Below are positions 48,015 through 58,137 of a stretch of 64,000 nt of DNA, one piece after another. Both the position numbers and the translations under genes were made by a program. The notes beneath the pieces are model-generated. The model did not search any database, had not been told where the DNA came from, and was given only the letters and a program-made list of their open reading frames with translations. The stretch is from positions 2,048,001 to 2,112,000 of the forward strand of contig OZ220732.1 of assembly GCA_965116905.1 (NCBI GenBank). Reading direction: 5' to 3'. Source of the stretch: Longimicrobiales bacterium. GTDB taxonomy: Bacteria > Gemmatimonadota > Gemmatimonadetes > Longimicrobiales > Gaopeijiaceae. Numbering within the stretch: the stretch's first letter is position 1; each line of letters begins with the position of its first letter.

Positions 48015-48923
48015 ATGCTGGACGACCGCCTGACGGAGCAACGGAACCCTCGCAGCGAGGCCATCGATCGCCGTTCGTCGCTCGAGATCGTCCGGATCAT
48101 CAACGAGGAGGACCAATCGGTAGCGGGCGCGGTGCGCGGTGAGGCCGCCGCCATCGCGAAGGCCGTCGATCTGGCCGTCGCCTCGTTTCGAAGCGGTGGG
48201 CGTCTCATCTATGTGGGTGCGGGAACATCGGGTCGACTCGGTGTCCTGGACGCGACCGAGATGCCCCCTACATACGGTACCGACCCCGAGATGGTACAGG
48301 GCGTGATCGCCGGCGGCCTTCCAGCGCTGGTGCGGTCGCAGGAGGGCGCCGAAGACCATCCCGCGGACGGGGCGGCCGCCATGGATGACCGGGAGGTCGG
48401 CCACCGGGACTTCGTGATGGGGATCGCGACCTCCGGAACGACGCCGTACGTGCATGGGGCGCTGGCGCGGGCCCGCGAGCGCGGGGCGCGTACGGGGTTC
48501 ATCCTGTGCACGCCTCCAGGCCGCGCCCTGCGCGACGAGCACGATGTCGTGATCGCGCCGCTCACGGGTCCGGAGATCGTGACGGGCTCGACCCGCATGA
48601 AGGCCGGGACCGCCACCAAGATGGTGCTCAACACGCTTACCACGGCCGCGATGATCCGCTTCGGCAAGGTGGACGGGAATCTGATGGTGGACCTTCAGGT
48701 GACCTGTGAGAAGCTGCAGGATCGCGGCGAGCGCATCCTGATGGCGACACTGGGGCTGGGGCGCGACGGCGCGAGGGAACTGCTGGGCCGGGCCGAAGGG
48801 CACGTCAAGACGGCGCTGGCCATGCACCGGCTCGGCCTGGACCGCGGCGAGGCCAGGAAGGCGCTCGACCGCGTGGACGGGGTGGTCGGCGCGCTGTCTC
48901 CGGCGCGGGGCCGACATGGCTGA
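48015..48923 (+). CDS. murQ: N-acetylmuramic acid 6-phosphate etherase
   Basis: TEQRNP, GAGTSGRLG.LDA.E, GPE..TGSTRMKAGTATK. Confidence 0.95.
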   Translation: MLDDRLTEQRNPRSEAIDRRSSLEIVRIINEEDQSVAGAVRGEAAAIAKAVDLAVASFRSGGRLIYVGAGTSGRLGVLDATEMPPTYGTDPEMVQGVIAGGLPALVRSQEGAEDHPADGAAAMDDREVGHRDFVMGIATSGTTPYVHGALARARERGARTGFILCTPPGRALRDEHDVVIAPLTGPEIVTGSTRMKAGTATKMVLNTLTTAAMIRFGKVDGNLMVDLQVTCEKLQDRGERILMATLGLGRDGARELLGRAEGHVKTALAMHRLGLDRGEARKALDRVDGVVGALSPARGRHG

Positions 48924-50589
48924 GGGGCGCCCGGCACCGGCGATTCACTGGCTCATCCCCCTGACGCTGGTCCTGGTCCATCTCGTGCTGGCCTTCCTGT
49001 CGGCCCTGCCCTCGATCCACACGGGTGGCGACAACGCGGCGTACATCTCCCTGGCCAACTCGCTGGCCTCCGACGGGAGCTACGTGGAGACCTGGCATCC
49101 CGGGGCCCCGGCACACACCAAGTACCCGCCGCTGTATCCGGCGCTGTTGGCGGTGATGATGCTTCTGGGCGTCAAGACCTGGGGAGCCTTCAAGGCGGCG
49201 TCCATCCTGTTGACGGGACTTGCGGTCGCCACCTGTTTCCTGATGGTGCGGCGAGCCTGGAGTCCCCGGGCCGCAGTGGCCGTGGCCGCCCTCTTTGCCA
49301 TCGCCCCCGCCCTCCTGTTTTCCGCGCAGTGGATCCTGGCGGACCCGCTCTTCATCGTCCTCACCCTGACGTGCCTGTGGCTGCTCACGCCGGACCCGGA
49401 CGTGTCGGGGCGCTCACTGCTCCTCGGCCTCGCCGCCGCGATGGCGGCGTACTTTACGCGGTCCGCCGGACTGCCGCTGCTGGTCGCCGTCGCAGTCTGG
49501 CTGGCTCTGCAAAGGCGCTGGAAGCCCCTGGCGGCGTTTGCCGGCGTGTTGGCGGTGCCGGGTCTCCTGTGGCAGCTCCGTGCGGGTGCGGACTACGTGT
49601 CCGAGTTCTGGCTCGTCAATCCCTACGCTCCGGATCTGGGTCGCGCGGGCCCGGTCGAGCTTCTGGCAAGGGTTGCGGTGAACCTCTGGACCTACACGAC
49701 GGACTATGTTCCGGCCGGCCTGACGGGGCTGGACGGTGTGCCCGCCGGCGCGGTCGGCGTGCTGGTGGCGGCCCTTGCGTTTGCGGGGTGGCTGCGCCGC
49801 GTGCGCGCGGGTCCGGGCGTCCTCGAGATCTTCCTCCTCCTGTACACCGGACTCATTCTGGCCTGGCCCGCCGCCTGGTCGGGAGACCGCTTCGCGCTGC
49901 CCGTCTTTCCCCTGCTGCTGCTCTATGCCGGCGAGTCGGCCGCGCTGATGCTCCGGAGGTGGCTGTCGCGCCATCCGGATGCCGCGTGGTCGCGGTGGTC
50001 GGTCCGCGCCGTGGCGATCGCGGCCATCGCGGTGTTCCTCGTCCCTGCGGGCGACGTGTGGCGCCAGCGGGCCGGGTGGGCCGGCCAGTGCCGGGCCAGG
50101 CTCGCGGCTGGCGGCCCGATGGGGTGTGACCGGCATACCGCCGCCGAGTTCCATACCATGGCCCTGTGGGCGGGGAAGAACCTGCCCGAGGGTTCGGTCG
50201 TCTTCAGCCGCAAGCCCCGGCTCTTCCACGTCTTCAGCGGGCTGCCGTCGGTCACCTATCCCTTTACGACCGATGGCCGGAGCTTGCTCGTGCAGGCGGA
50301 CTCCATGAACGCGGGATACCTGGTGCGCGGCAACTGGGACTCCACGGGTCGCCTTTATGTCGATCCGGTGCTGCGGGCCGATCCGAACCGGTTCTGCGTC
50401 GTGGCCCAGCTTGGTTACGCGGGCGAGTCTCCGATCTCGATGCTGGCGATCATGCCGCCGGCAGCCGATGATGTCACGGTTCGCGACGAAACGCCGGCGG
50501 CCGTGTTGTCCTGCCCGGACGCCGTTAACCATGTGCTCCCCACCGCCGCGGAGATGGCTTCGATGACCATACCGATCCTTGATCGATGA
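48916..50589 (+). CDS. Polytopic membrane protein, GT-C/ArnT(PMT)-like glycosyltransferase
   Basis: GGDNAAYI.LA..L, YPPLYP, many TM helices, DRF.LP. Confidence 0.65.
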   Translation: MAEGRPAPAIHWLIPLTLVLVHLVLAFLSALPSIHTGGDNAAYISLANSLASDGSYVETWHPGAPAHTKYPPLYPALLAVMMLLGVKTWGAFKAASILLTGLAVATCFLMVRRAWSPRAAVAVAALFAIAPALLFSAQWILADPLFIVLTLTCLWLLTPDPDVSGRSLLLGLAAAMAAYFTRSAGLPLLVAVAVWLALQRRWKPLAAFAGVLAVPGLLWQLRAGADYVSEFWLVNPYAPDLGRAGPVELLARVAVNLWTYTTDYVPAGLTGLDGVPAGAVGVLVAALAFAGWLRRVRAGPGVLEIFLLLYTGLILAWPAAWSGDRFALPVFPLLLLYAGESAALMLRRWLSRHPDAAWSRWSVRAVAIAAIAVFLVPAGDVWRQRAGWAGQCRARLAAGGPMGCDRHTAAEFHTMALWAGKNLPEGSVVFSRKPRLFHVFSGLPSVTYPFTTDGRSLLVQADSMNAGYLVRGNWDSTGRLYVDPVLRADPNRFCVVAQLGYAGESPISMLAIMPPAADDVTVRDETPAAVLSCPDAVNHVLPTAAEMASMTIPILDR

Positions 50590-50611
50590 ACCTGCGCCAC
50601 TCGACGTCAGG

Positions 50612-53600
50612 ATGACGAGCCGATCCGGCTGCCGGCGGCTCCTCCCGCCAACCGTCACCGCGCTCGCCGTTCTCTGTCTCCTTCCCGGACGGTCGCTGCA
50701 GGCGCAGACCACGCCCCCAAACGAGGATTGGCGCGAGTTCCCGACCGAGCATTTCGTGGTCACCTACCCGGCGCGGCTGGGCGCCATGGCCTCGCGGGCG
50801 GCAACCCACGCGGAACGCGCCTACGCACTGCTGGCCGACCGATTCGTGGACACCCCGGCCGTCCCGATCCAGCTGCTCCTGACGGATCACGCCGACATCG
50901 CCAACGGCTTCGCGTCTCCAAACCCGTACAACCGGATTACGATCTTCGCCCGCCCGCCCATGGATGGCGGCAGCATCTCCTACTTCGACGACTGGCTCGA
51001 ATTGGTCGTCACTCATGAACTCGTGCACACATTCCACCTGGACATGACGGGCGCGCTCGGCAACGTGGTCCGCAAGGTGTTCGGGCGGGTGCCCGCCGTC
51101 TGGCCGGTCTTCCCGTCGGGTGCGACGCCGACGTGGCTGACCGAGGGACTTGCCACTTACTTCGAGTCGCAGCTCACGGGTGCCGGACGGGTCAAGGGCA
51201 CCTGGCAGGAGATGGTGATGAGGGCTACCGCGCTCGAGGGGTCGCCGGGTACGCTCGACCGGGTGTCCGGACATTCGCCCGTGTGGCCCGCAGGCCACCG
51301 TCCGTACGTCTACGGCGCACGCTATCTGACACACATGGCCGAGGCCTACGGCGAGCAGTCCATGGGTGACTTCGCGCGTGCGGTGGCGGGACTGTGGGTT
51401 CCGTTCCGGCTCAATTCCGCCGCGCGTGACGCCTTCGGCACGACGATTTCCGACAGCTGGGAGGCGTGGACCGACTACACGACCGCAGCCTACGCCGCGG
51501 AGGCGGAGGCCCTTGCGGCATCGGCCCCGATTACCGAGGGCGAGACCGTGGATGGGGCGGGGCGGGTGGCCGAGCAGGCCATGGTGTCGCCCGACGGCTC
51601 ACGCCTTGCCTTCCTCCGCTCGGACGGTGTGGACGCGACCCAGATCCGCGTCGCGTCGCCCGACGGATCGAATGCCCTGCGGCTGACGCGCACCAACGGG
51701 GTGGGCGGCACCCTGTCCTGGATGCCCGACGGCGGCCTGCTCTTCAGCCAACTGGACTTCAACGACCCCTACCGGCTGACCAGCGATCTTTATCGCGCGG
51801 CGCCGGACGGCACGGTGGACCGCCTCACGCACGGCCGGCGCCTGACCTATGCGGACGTCGCGCCCGACGGTGAGCGGGCAGTGGCGGTACAGGAGGGCGG
51901 AGGCACCAACAGCCTGGTCATGGTCGACCTGGCCACCGGCGAAGTCACGCTTCTTGCGGATCCTCGTGCCGACCGTCACTGGGCCTTCCCGCGCTGGTCG
52001 CCGGCCGGCGACCGCATCGCGGCGGTGCGCTGGGTCGCGCCGGCGTTCATGGACATCGTCATCCTGGATGAGCACGGTGCCGTGACCGTCGAGGTGACCC
52101 GTGACCGCGCCATCGACACGACCCCCTTCTGGGCCCCCGACGGCCACACCGTCCTCTGGTCCTCCGACCGCACGGGCGTGCCGAATCTCTTCGCGGCTGT
52201 GCTGGAGGGGGACTCGCCCCCGACGATCCGACAGGTCACCAATATTCTGGGCGGCGCGACCCATCCGTCGGTGGACCCGGCGGCCCGCTGGATCCATTTC
52301 TCCTCGTATCACGCGGACGGCTGGCACATCGAGCGGATCCCCTACGCGCCCGGGGACTGGTTCGAGCCGCAGGCGGCCAGCCCGCGTTTTGCGGCGGAGC
52401 CGACCGGCGATGGTGCGCCGGCCCCCACGCGGTCCGATCCCACCGGCACCGACGCGTCGACACCGGCCCATGGGCTGGACGAGAGCACCGGCCGTCCCGC
52501 CGGGGAACGGGACTATCGGGCCGGTGCCACGCTGTTGCCGCGCTACTGGCTTCCCCTGTACACGCGTCCCGAGGAGGGGACGGACCAGAGCGGCATCCGG
52601 CGTGAGGTGTTCGACCAGGCGGTCGGCATGCGGCTGGCTGGCCGAGACCTGGTCGGCAGGCACGGCTATTCGGTTGCCGGGCGTGTCGGTCTGAACGACA
52701 GGCGGTTTGGCGGCAGGTTCTCGTACAACTACAACGGCCTCGGAAACCCGACGGTGGGCCTGTCCCTCTCGCAGAGCCACGACGCGTCCTCGCGAACGCT
52801 TTCCGTCCGGTTCCCCGATGACTCGACGCGCGAGTTCTTCCTGATCGAAAGGGAACGGCGGGCCTTCCTTTCCACCTCCCTCCTGCGGCGGCGCTACCGC
52901 ACGAGTACTGCGCTATATGTGAGGGGAGGCATCGTCCGCGAAGATCTGTCGCTGCAGGACCCCGACGGGAGCGAGGGGCCGACCCTGAGCAGTCCGGCGC
53001 CGCGCAGCAGCTACACGGAACTGAGCGCCACGCTCTCGGCAGCGAACACGCAGCGCCGCGCGATGTCGTTCTCGCGCGAAGACGGGCTGCGCGGCTTCGT
53101 CACCGCCAGGATGCGCCGGCAGCGGGGTGTGGAGGCGGGGGATCGCGGGGTCATCGGCGCGGACCGGAGCTACGGAGAGGTCAGCGGCGAGCTGTCCGCA
53201 TACAAGGCTCTGGGTCGGCTCGGGTTCGCCAATCACGTGCTCGGGCTGCGCTTCTCGGCCGGCGCGGCCGCCGGATCCGGGGCCAACCAGTTCCACTTCG
53301 ACGCCGGCGGGGCGGAGGGGACGGTGGAATCCGTGACCGGGCTGGGGCTCTTTGGCGGATCGCCGCGGCTCTTCCCCGTCCGGGGCTACCGCAGCAACTA
53401 CCGGTCCGGGAGGTTCGCCTGGACGGGCAGCGTCGAATACCGCTTTCCGCTTGCCGTGATCGATCGGGGACTGGGCGTGTTTCCGCTCTTCTTCGACCGC
53501 GTTCACGGTTCGGTCTTCGCCGACGCGGGGAACGCCTGGGGGCCGACGCTGGGACGGGCCAACTACGACAACCCCCGTCAGGCGATGCTGGCAAGCGTGG

Positions 53601-53728
53601 GTGCGGAATTGTCGGTGATCGCGGGGGCCCTGTACCTGTCGGGAACGACGATTCGGGCAGGCTTAGGAATGCCGCTCAGATTCGAAAGCGATCCGGTCTT
53701 CTATGTGCGCGTGGGGAATGCGTTTTAG
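50612..53728 (+). CDS. Omp85/BamA-superfamily protein with N-terminal zincin-like and TolB/PD40 propeller domains
   Basis: THELVH...WLTEGLATYFE; SPDG/W.PDG repeats; VRGY; F.DAGNAW; C-terminal Phe. Confidence 0.8.
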   Translation: MTSRSGCRRLLPPTVTALAVLCLLPGRSLQAQTTPPNEDWREFPTEHFVVTYPARLGAMASRAATHAERAYALLADRFVDTPAVPIQLLLTDHADIANGFASPNPYNRITIFARPPMDGGSISYFDDWLELVVTHELVHTFHLDMTGALGNVVRKVFGRVPAVWPVFPSGATPTWLTEGLATYFESQLTGAGRVKGTWQEMVMRATALEGSPGTLDRVSGHSPVWPAGHRPYVYGARYLTHMAEAYGEQSMGDFARAVAGLWVPFRLNSAARDAFGTTISDSWEAWTDYTTAAYAAEAEALAASAPITEGETVDGAGRVAEQAMVSPDGSRLAFLRSDGVDATQIRVASPDGSNALRLTRTNGVGGTLSWMPDGGLLFSQLDFNDPYRLTSDLYRAAPDGTVDRLTHGRRLTYADVAPDGERAVAVQEGGGTNSLVMVDLATGEVTLLADPRADRHWAFPRWSPAGDRIAAVRWVAPAFMDIVILDEHGAVTVEVTRDRAIDTTPFWAPDGHTVLWSSDRTGVPNLFAAVLEGDSPPTIRQVTNILGGATHPSVDPAARWIHFSSYHADGWHIERIPYAPGDWFEPQAASPRFAAEPTGDGAPAPTRSDPTGTDASTPAHGLDESTGRPAGERDYRAGATLLPRYWLPLYTRPEEGTDQSGIRREVFDQAVGMRLAGRDLVGRHGYSVAGRVGLNDRRFGGRFSYNYNGLGNPTVGLSLSQSHDASSRTLSVRFPDDSTREFFLIERERRAFLSTSLLRRRYRTSTALYVRGGIVREDLSLQDPDGSEGPTLSSPAPRSSYTELSATLSAANTQRRAMSFSREDGLRGFVTARMRRQRGVEAGDRGVIGADRSYGEVSGELSAYKALGRLGFANHVLGLRFSAGAAAGSGANQFHFDAGGAEGTVESVTGLGLFGGSPRLFPVRGYRSNYRSGRFAWTGSVEYRFPLAVIDRGLGVFPLFFDRVHGSVFADAGNAWGPTLGRANYDNPRQAMLASVGAELSVIAGALYLSGTTIRAGLGMPLRFESDPVFYVRVGNAF

Positions 53729-53801
53729 GGGCCTGTGGACAGAATCCCCCGGCTCCGGTGCCCGTGCGCCGGCGATTCCTGTTCCGATGGGCACACGACC
53801 C

Positions 53802-53830
53802 TTGACCACAAGGGGTTGGGGTATTAAGTT
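53802..53830 (+). promoter_or_regulatory. Sigma70-type promoter for nrdJ (TTGACC-N17-TAAGTT)
   Basis: Hexamers at 53802-53807 and 53825-53830. Confidence 0.6.
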
Positions 53831-53853
53831 ACAAGCCCCACAACATCTGGTGC
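53806..53853 (+). promoter_or_regulatory. Tandem NrdR boxes: weak CCACAAGGGGTTGGGG (53806) and strong CCACAACATCTGGTGC (53838), 32 bp apart
   Basis: Resembles NrdR consensus acaCwAtATaTwGtgt; directly upstream of an RNR gene. Confidence 0.75.
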
Positions 53854-53880
53854 ATGTTCCCCGACTGGTGCATGTTCCCC
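53847..53880 (+). repeat. 16-bp direct repeat ctggtgcatgttcccc x2 (18-bp period)
   Basis: Copies at 53847 and 53865. Confidence 0.85.
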
Positions 53881-53923
53881 ACCCGTGTCCGCCCGACACT
53901 CCCAGAAAAGGATTGGCGCCCCG

Positions 53924-56455
53924 ATGACTCCGCCATCTCCGGCCCCGCGTCTGTTCGACGATCAGGTTCCCGATGACCTCGCCGCCGCCGGTCTTTCCGA
54001 GAATGCCCGCATCGTCCTTGCGCGCCGGTATCTGAAGAAGGACGAGGCCGGCGATCCCACGGAAGAACCGGAGACCATGTTCTGGCGCATCGCCCGGGTC
54101 ATTGCGGAGGAGGACAGGAAACACGGGGTCTCCGATGCCGCGGTGGAGGAGGTCGCGCGCAGCTTCTACGAGTTGATGACGAGCGGCAAGTTCGAGCCCA
54201 ATTCGCCGACGCTCATGAACGCGGGACGTCCGCTGGGCCAGCTTTCCGCGTGCTTCGTGCTCCCGGTCGAGGACGCCCTGTCGAACGATCGCAGCGGGAT
54301 CTATGACACCCTGCGCGCGATGGCGCTGGTGCACCAGTCCGGTGGCGGTACCGGCTTCTCCTTCTCGCGGCTGCGTCCGGAGGGCGACACCGTGCGTTCC
54401 ACGATGGGGGTGGCGTCGGGTCCGGTATCCTTCATGCGCCTGTACGACGCCTCGACCGAGGTCGTGAAACAGGGCGGCACCCGCCGTGGGGCGAACATGG
54501 GGATCCTCCGGGTGGACCATCCGGATATCCGCGAATTCATCCGCTGCAAGAACGACACCTCGCAGATCACCAACTTCAACATCTCGGTTGCGATCACCGA
54601 CGCCTTCATGCAGGCGGTCGTCGACGATGGGGAATACGACCTCGTGAGTCCCCGGTCCGGCGAGGTCGCCGGGCGCGAGAAGGCCCGCGAAGTCTTCGAC
54701 ATGATCGTCGAGGGCGCGTGGAAGACCGGCGAGCCGGGCGTCTTCTTCATCGACCGCGCCAACGAACACAACCCCGTGCCGAGGCTGGGCTGCTACGAGG
54801 CCACCAACCCGTGCGGCGAACAGCCGCTCCTGCCGTACGACGTCTGCAATCTGGGCAGCATCAACGTCGGCTGCTTCGCCCGCGAGGGGAGTTTCGAAAG
54901 CCCCGAGGACGGCATCGATTGGGACGCGTTTCGCCGGGTGGTGCACCTGTCCGTCCATTTCCTCGACAACGTGATCGACGCGAATCGCTACCCGCTCGAC
55001 GACATTACCGATCTCGCGCAGCAGATCCGCCGCGTCGGCCTGGGCATCATGGGCTGGGCCGACCTGCTCGTGCGCCTGGGCATCAGGTACGACTCGGACG
55101 AGGGCGTCGCGCTGGCACGCACCGTCATGGCCTTCATCGAGGAGGAATCGAGGGTCGCGTCGGAGCGCCTCGCCGAGACCCGCGGCGTGTTTCCGGCCTG
55201 GGAGGATTCGATCTGGGGACCGGACAAGACGTGCGCGCGCGACGCCGCCGGCAATCGCGTCCGCGCGCACAGGAGGCTGCGGAACTGCAACCTGACGACG
55301 GTGGCCCCCACCGGGACCATATCGATTATCGCGGGGTGCAGCGGAGGCATCGAACCCCTGTTTGCCGTGGCCTTCATGCGCAACCAGGCGGGGGTGATGA
55401 TGCCCGACGTCAACGAGGACTTCGTCGCGCGCGCCAGGGCGGAGGGCTGGTACACGCCCGAACTCATGGAACGGATCGCCGAGCAGGGCCACATTCACTT
55501 CGACGAGGTCCCGGAGGAGGTGCAGCAGGTCTTCCGTACCGCCCACGACATTACGCCCGAGTGGCATGTGCGCATGCAGGCGGCGTTCCAGGCCCACGTG
55601 GATTCGGCCATCTCCAAGACGACGAACTTCGCCTTCGAGGCTACGCGGGACGATGTCCGCAAGATCTACGAGATGGCCTTCGAAATGGGGTGCAAGGGCG
55701 TGACCGTGTACCGTGACGGCTCCCGCCCGATGCAGGTCCTGTCCACCGGCAAGACCGGGCAGGAAGACGGTGTCGAAGGCGTCGCCGCGGCCGACATGGA
55801 GGCGCTGCAGGGCCAGCTGGCGGATTCGAGGGCGAAGGCGCACGACCTCGAGGGCGAACTGGACAGGCTCCGCCTGGAGTTGGAGGAGCACGACCGGAAC
55901 GCCGCGGCTTCGCGCCACAAGCGGAAGCGGCCGTCGATGCTGACCGGACGCACGATGAAGATGGATTCTCCGCTGGGCGACCTCTACGTCACCGTCAACG
56001 AGGACGACAACGGGAAGCCGTTCGAAGTCTTCTGCACGCTGGGCAAGGCCGGCGGTGCGGCGATGGCGGACTCCGAGGCGATCGGCCGACTGATATCGCT
56101 TTCACTGCGGTCCGGAATACCGCTGACGGCAGTCCGTGACCAGTTGCGGGGGATTTCCTGCGACCGTGCGGTGGGCGTCGGTCCCCAGAAGGTGCTTTCG
56201 TCTCCCGACGCGATTGCCCAGGCCCTGGAGCGGTACATGTCCGAGAAGCAGGGCGTGCAGGCGGAGTTGGCCATGGACGTGCCGGTCACGACCGCGGCGG
56301 GGACGGGCGGGGCGGCAACGCAGCCGGACCACAGTCCGTTCGTGGACCACACCGCGACCACGCTGGGGGCGTGCCCGGAGTGCGGGGCGGGTCAGCTTGC
56401 GTTCGAAGAGGGGTGCAAGCGCTGCTACGTGTGCGGCTTCTCGGAGTGCGGATAG
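53924..56455 (+). CDS. nrdJ: Class II (adenosylcobalamin-dependent) ribonucleotide reductase
   Basis: PNSPTLMNAG, LSACFV, GGTRRGANM, ATNPCGEQPL, APTGT; C-terminal TSCPD-like and CxxC zinc ribbon. Confidence 0.93.
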   Translation: MTPPSPAPRLFDDQVPDDLAAAGLSENARIVLARRYLKKDEAGDPTEEPETMFWRIARVIAEEDRKHGVSDAAVEEVARSFYELMTSGKFEPNSPTLMNAGRPLGQLSACFVLPVEDALSNDRSGIYDTLRAMALVHQSGGGTGFSFSRLRPEGDTVRSTMGVASGPVSFMRLYDASTEVVKQGGTRRGANMGILRVDHPDIREFIRCKNDTSQITNFNISVAITDAFMQAVVDDGEYDLVSPRSGEVAGREKAREVFDMIVEGAWKTGEPGVFFIDRANEHNPVPRLGCYEATNPCGEQPLLPYDVCNLGSINVGCFAREGSFESPEDGIDWDAFRRVVHLSVHFLDNVIDANRYPLDDITDLAQQIRRVGLGIMGWADLLVRLGIRYDSDEGVALARTVMAFIEEESRVASERLAETRGVFPAWEDSIWGPDKTCARDAAGNRVRAHRRLRNCNLTTVAPTGTISIIAGCSGGIEPLFAVAFMRNQAGVMMPDVNEDFVARARAEGWYTPELMERIAEQGHIHFDEVPEEVQQVFRTAHDITPEWHVRMQAAFQAHVDSAISKTTNFAFEATRDDVRKIYEMAFEMGCKGVTVYRDGSRPMQVLSTGKTGQEDGVEGVAAADMEALQGQLADSRAKAHDLEGELDRLRLELEEHDRNAAASRHKRKRPSMLTGRTMKMDSPLGDLYVTVNEDDNGKPFEVFCTLGKAGGAAMADSEAIGRLISLSLRSGIPLTAVRDQLRGISCDRAVGVGPQKVLSSPDAIAQALERYMSEKQGVQAELAMDVPVTTAAGTGGAATQPDHSPFVDHTATTLGACPECGAGQLAFEEGCKRCYVCGFSECG

Positions 56456-56468
56456 CCGCCTCTTTGCC

Positions 56469-57914
56469 TCAGGATCCTCCCGCGGGGTTCCGGTAGTCGA
56501 GCGGCGGATCCCTGTCCCCCACGAGCGACACGTAGCGGAAGTCGGGCCCCACCCGTTCCCGGTATTCGGCCTTCGCCGCCTCGAGCAGTTCAGCGTCCGT
56601 AAACAGGTCCACCGCAGTCATTGCGAGCGTCTTGGCCGCGACGATCATCCCCTTGTTCCCGATCGAGGTGCCGCCCGCCGCGATAGCCTGCCAGGAGTGC
56701 GCGGGCGTGCCGGGCACCCAGGTCGCCGCGCCGATTCCCACCGTGGGCACGACCCAGCTCACGTCGGCCACGTCGGTCGAGCCGCCGCCCTGGCGCGGCG
56801 CGTAGGGCAGCACCCCGGCGGCGCTCTCGATCGGCGGCCGATTGTTCAGGGTCGCCTGGATCTGTTCCGCGAACGCGCGCTCGTCGTCGTCGTACGTCAC
56901 CCCGCCCACCTTTTCCAGGTTGGCCTGAGCCCGGCGCTGCAGGGCGTCGTTGACGAGCATCGCGTACAGGCCGTGGATCACCTCGAACTCCATCTCGGTG
57001 CCGGTCCCCAGGGCCGCACCCTCGGCCGCCAGCACCACCCGGTCGAAGATCGAGCGCGCCGCCTCGACATCCGGGTTCCGCACGTAGTAGTAGACCTCGG
57101 CGAAGTTGGGGACGACGTTCGGCGCCGATCCGCCGGCGGTGATCACGTAGTGGATGCGTGTCTCCTGCGGGACGTGCTCGCGCATCAGGTTGACCATGTG
57201 GTTCATCGCCTCCACCCCGTCCAGCGCCGAGCGGCCCTGCTCGGGAGCGCCCGCCGCGTGCGCGGAGATGCCCCGGAAGCGGAACTTGGCCGACTTGTTG
57301 GCCAGCGACGTGGATGGACTGGCGTCGTTCGCGCTGGACGGGTGCCAGTGCAGCACCGCGTCCACGTCGGCGAAGAGGCCGCCCCGCACCATGTAGACCT
57401 TGCCCGCGCCGCCCTCCTCGGCGGGCGTGCCGTAGAGCCGGATCGTGCCCGGCGTCCCGGATGAGGCCAGCCAATCCTTGACCGCGAGCGCGGCCGCCAC
57501 CGACCCGGCGCCGAAGAGGTGGTGCCCGCACGCGTGCCCGGCCCGCATCGAGAAGACCGGATCGGGGTAGGGGCTGCGCGACTGCGTGATCCCGGGCAGC
57601 GCGTCGAACTCGGCCAGAACCCCGATCACCGGCGTCCCTTCGCCCCAGCTCGCCACGAACCCGGTCGGCATGCCCGCGACTCCGGCCTCGATCTCGAATC
57701 CGGCACGGGCGAGTTGCTCCTGCAGCAGCGCCGAGCTTTCGGTCTCCTGGTAGCCGACCTCCGCGAGGTCCCAGATCTGTTGGGCGACCGTGCCGTAGGT
57801 GTCCGAGTGGGCTTCCACATGGGCGATCACGGATTCGTGGCCGGTCTGGCCCGCCACGGAAACGGGGAGTGCAACGACGGTCGACAGCAGGGCGGTCGTG
57901 AAACGCGTGCTCAT
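56469..57914 (-). CDS. Exported M20 amidohydrolase (AbgB-like)
   Basis: EFDALPG, GHACGH, GTPAEEGG, WHP, GSTDV.DVSW. Confidence 0.87.
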   Translation of the reverse strand: MSTRFTTALLSTVVALPVSVAGQTGHESVIAHVEAHSDTYGTVAQQIWDLAEVGYQETESSALLQEQLARAGFEIEAGVAGMPTGFVASWGEGTPVIGVLAEFDALPGITQSRSPYPDPVFSMRAGHACGHHLFGAGSVAAALAVKDWLASSGTPGTIRLYGTPAEEGGAGKVYMVRGGLFADVDAVLHWHPSSANDASPSTSLANKSAKFRFRGISAHAAGAPEQGRSALDGVEAMNHMVNLMREHVPQETRIHYVITAGGSAPNVVPNFAEVYYYVRNPDVEAARSIFDRVVLAAEGAALGTGTEMEFEVIHGLYAMLVNDALQRRAQANLEKVGGVTYDDDERAFAEQIQATLNNRPPIESAAGVLPYAPRQGGGSTDVADVSWVVPTVGIGAATWVPGTPAHSWQAIAAGGTSIGNKGMIVAAKTLAMTAVDLFTDAELLEAAKAEYRERVGPDFRYVSLVGDRDPPLDYRNPAGGS

Positions 57915-57945
57915 GGGTGCCTCGGGTCGTGGGTGGGGACTATGC

Positions 57946-57984
57946 CTGGAATGGAACACTGGAATGGAACACTGGATTGGAACA
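57946..57984. repeat. 13-bp tandem repeat ctggaatggaaca x3 in divergent intergenic region
   Basis: Units at 57946, 57959, 57972. Confidence 0.88.
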
Positions 57985-58137
57985 TAAGCCGCACGGCGCC
58001 TCGCCGCTCTCGGTGCTCGGGCGGCCTGGCCCACGGACTGCCTGGCGTCGATTCCGCCCTGCTAGGGTGTACACGGCGTCGCGGAATCACGATTATCCCG
58101 TGCGCCACCACGAAACGAGACCACCACGGGAGAACGC

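Noticed and set aside
53924..56455. Intein or intron in nrdJ
   Set aside because: Normal length with contiguous RNR motifs; no splicing or homing-endonuclease motifs seen
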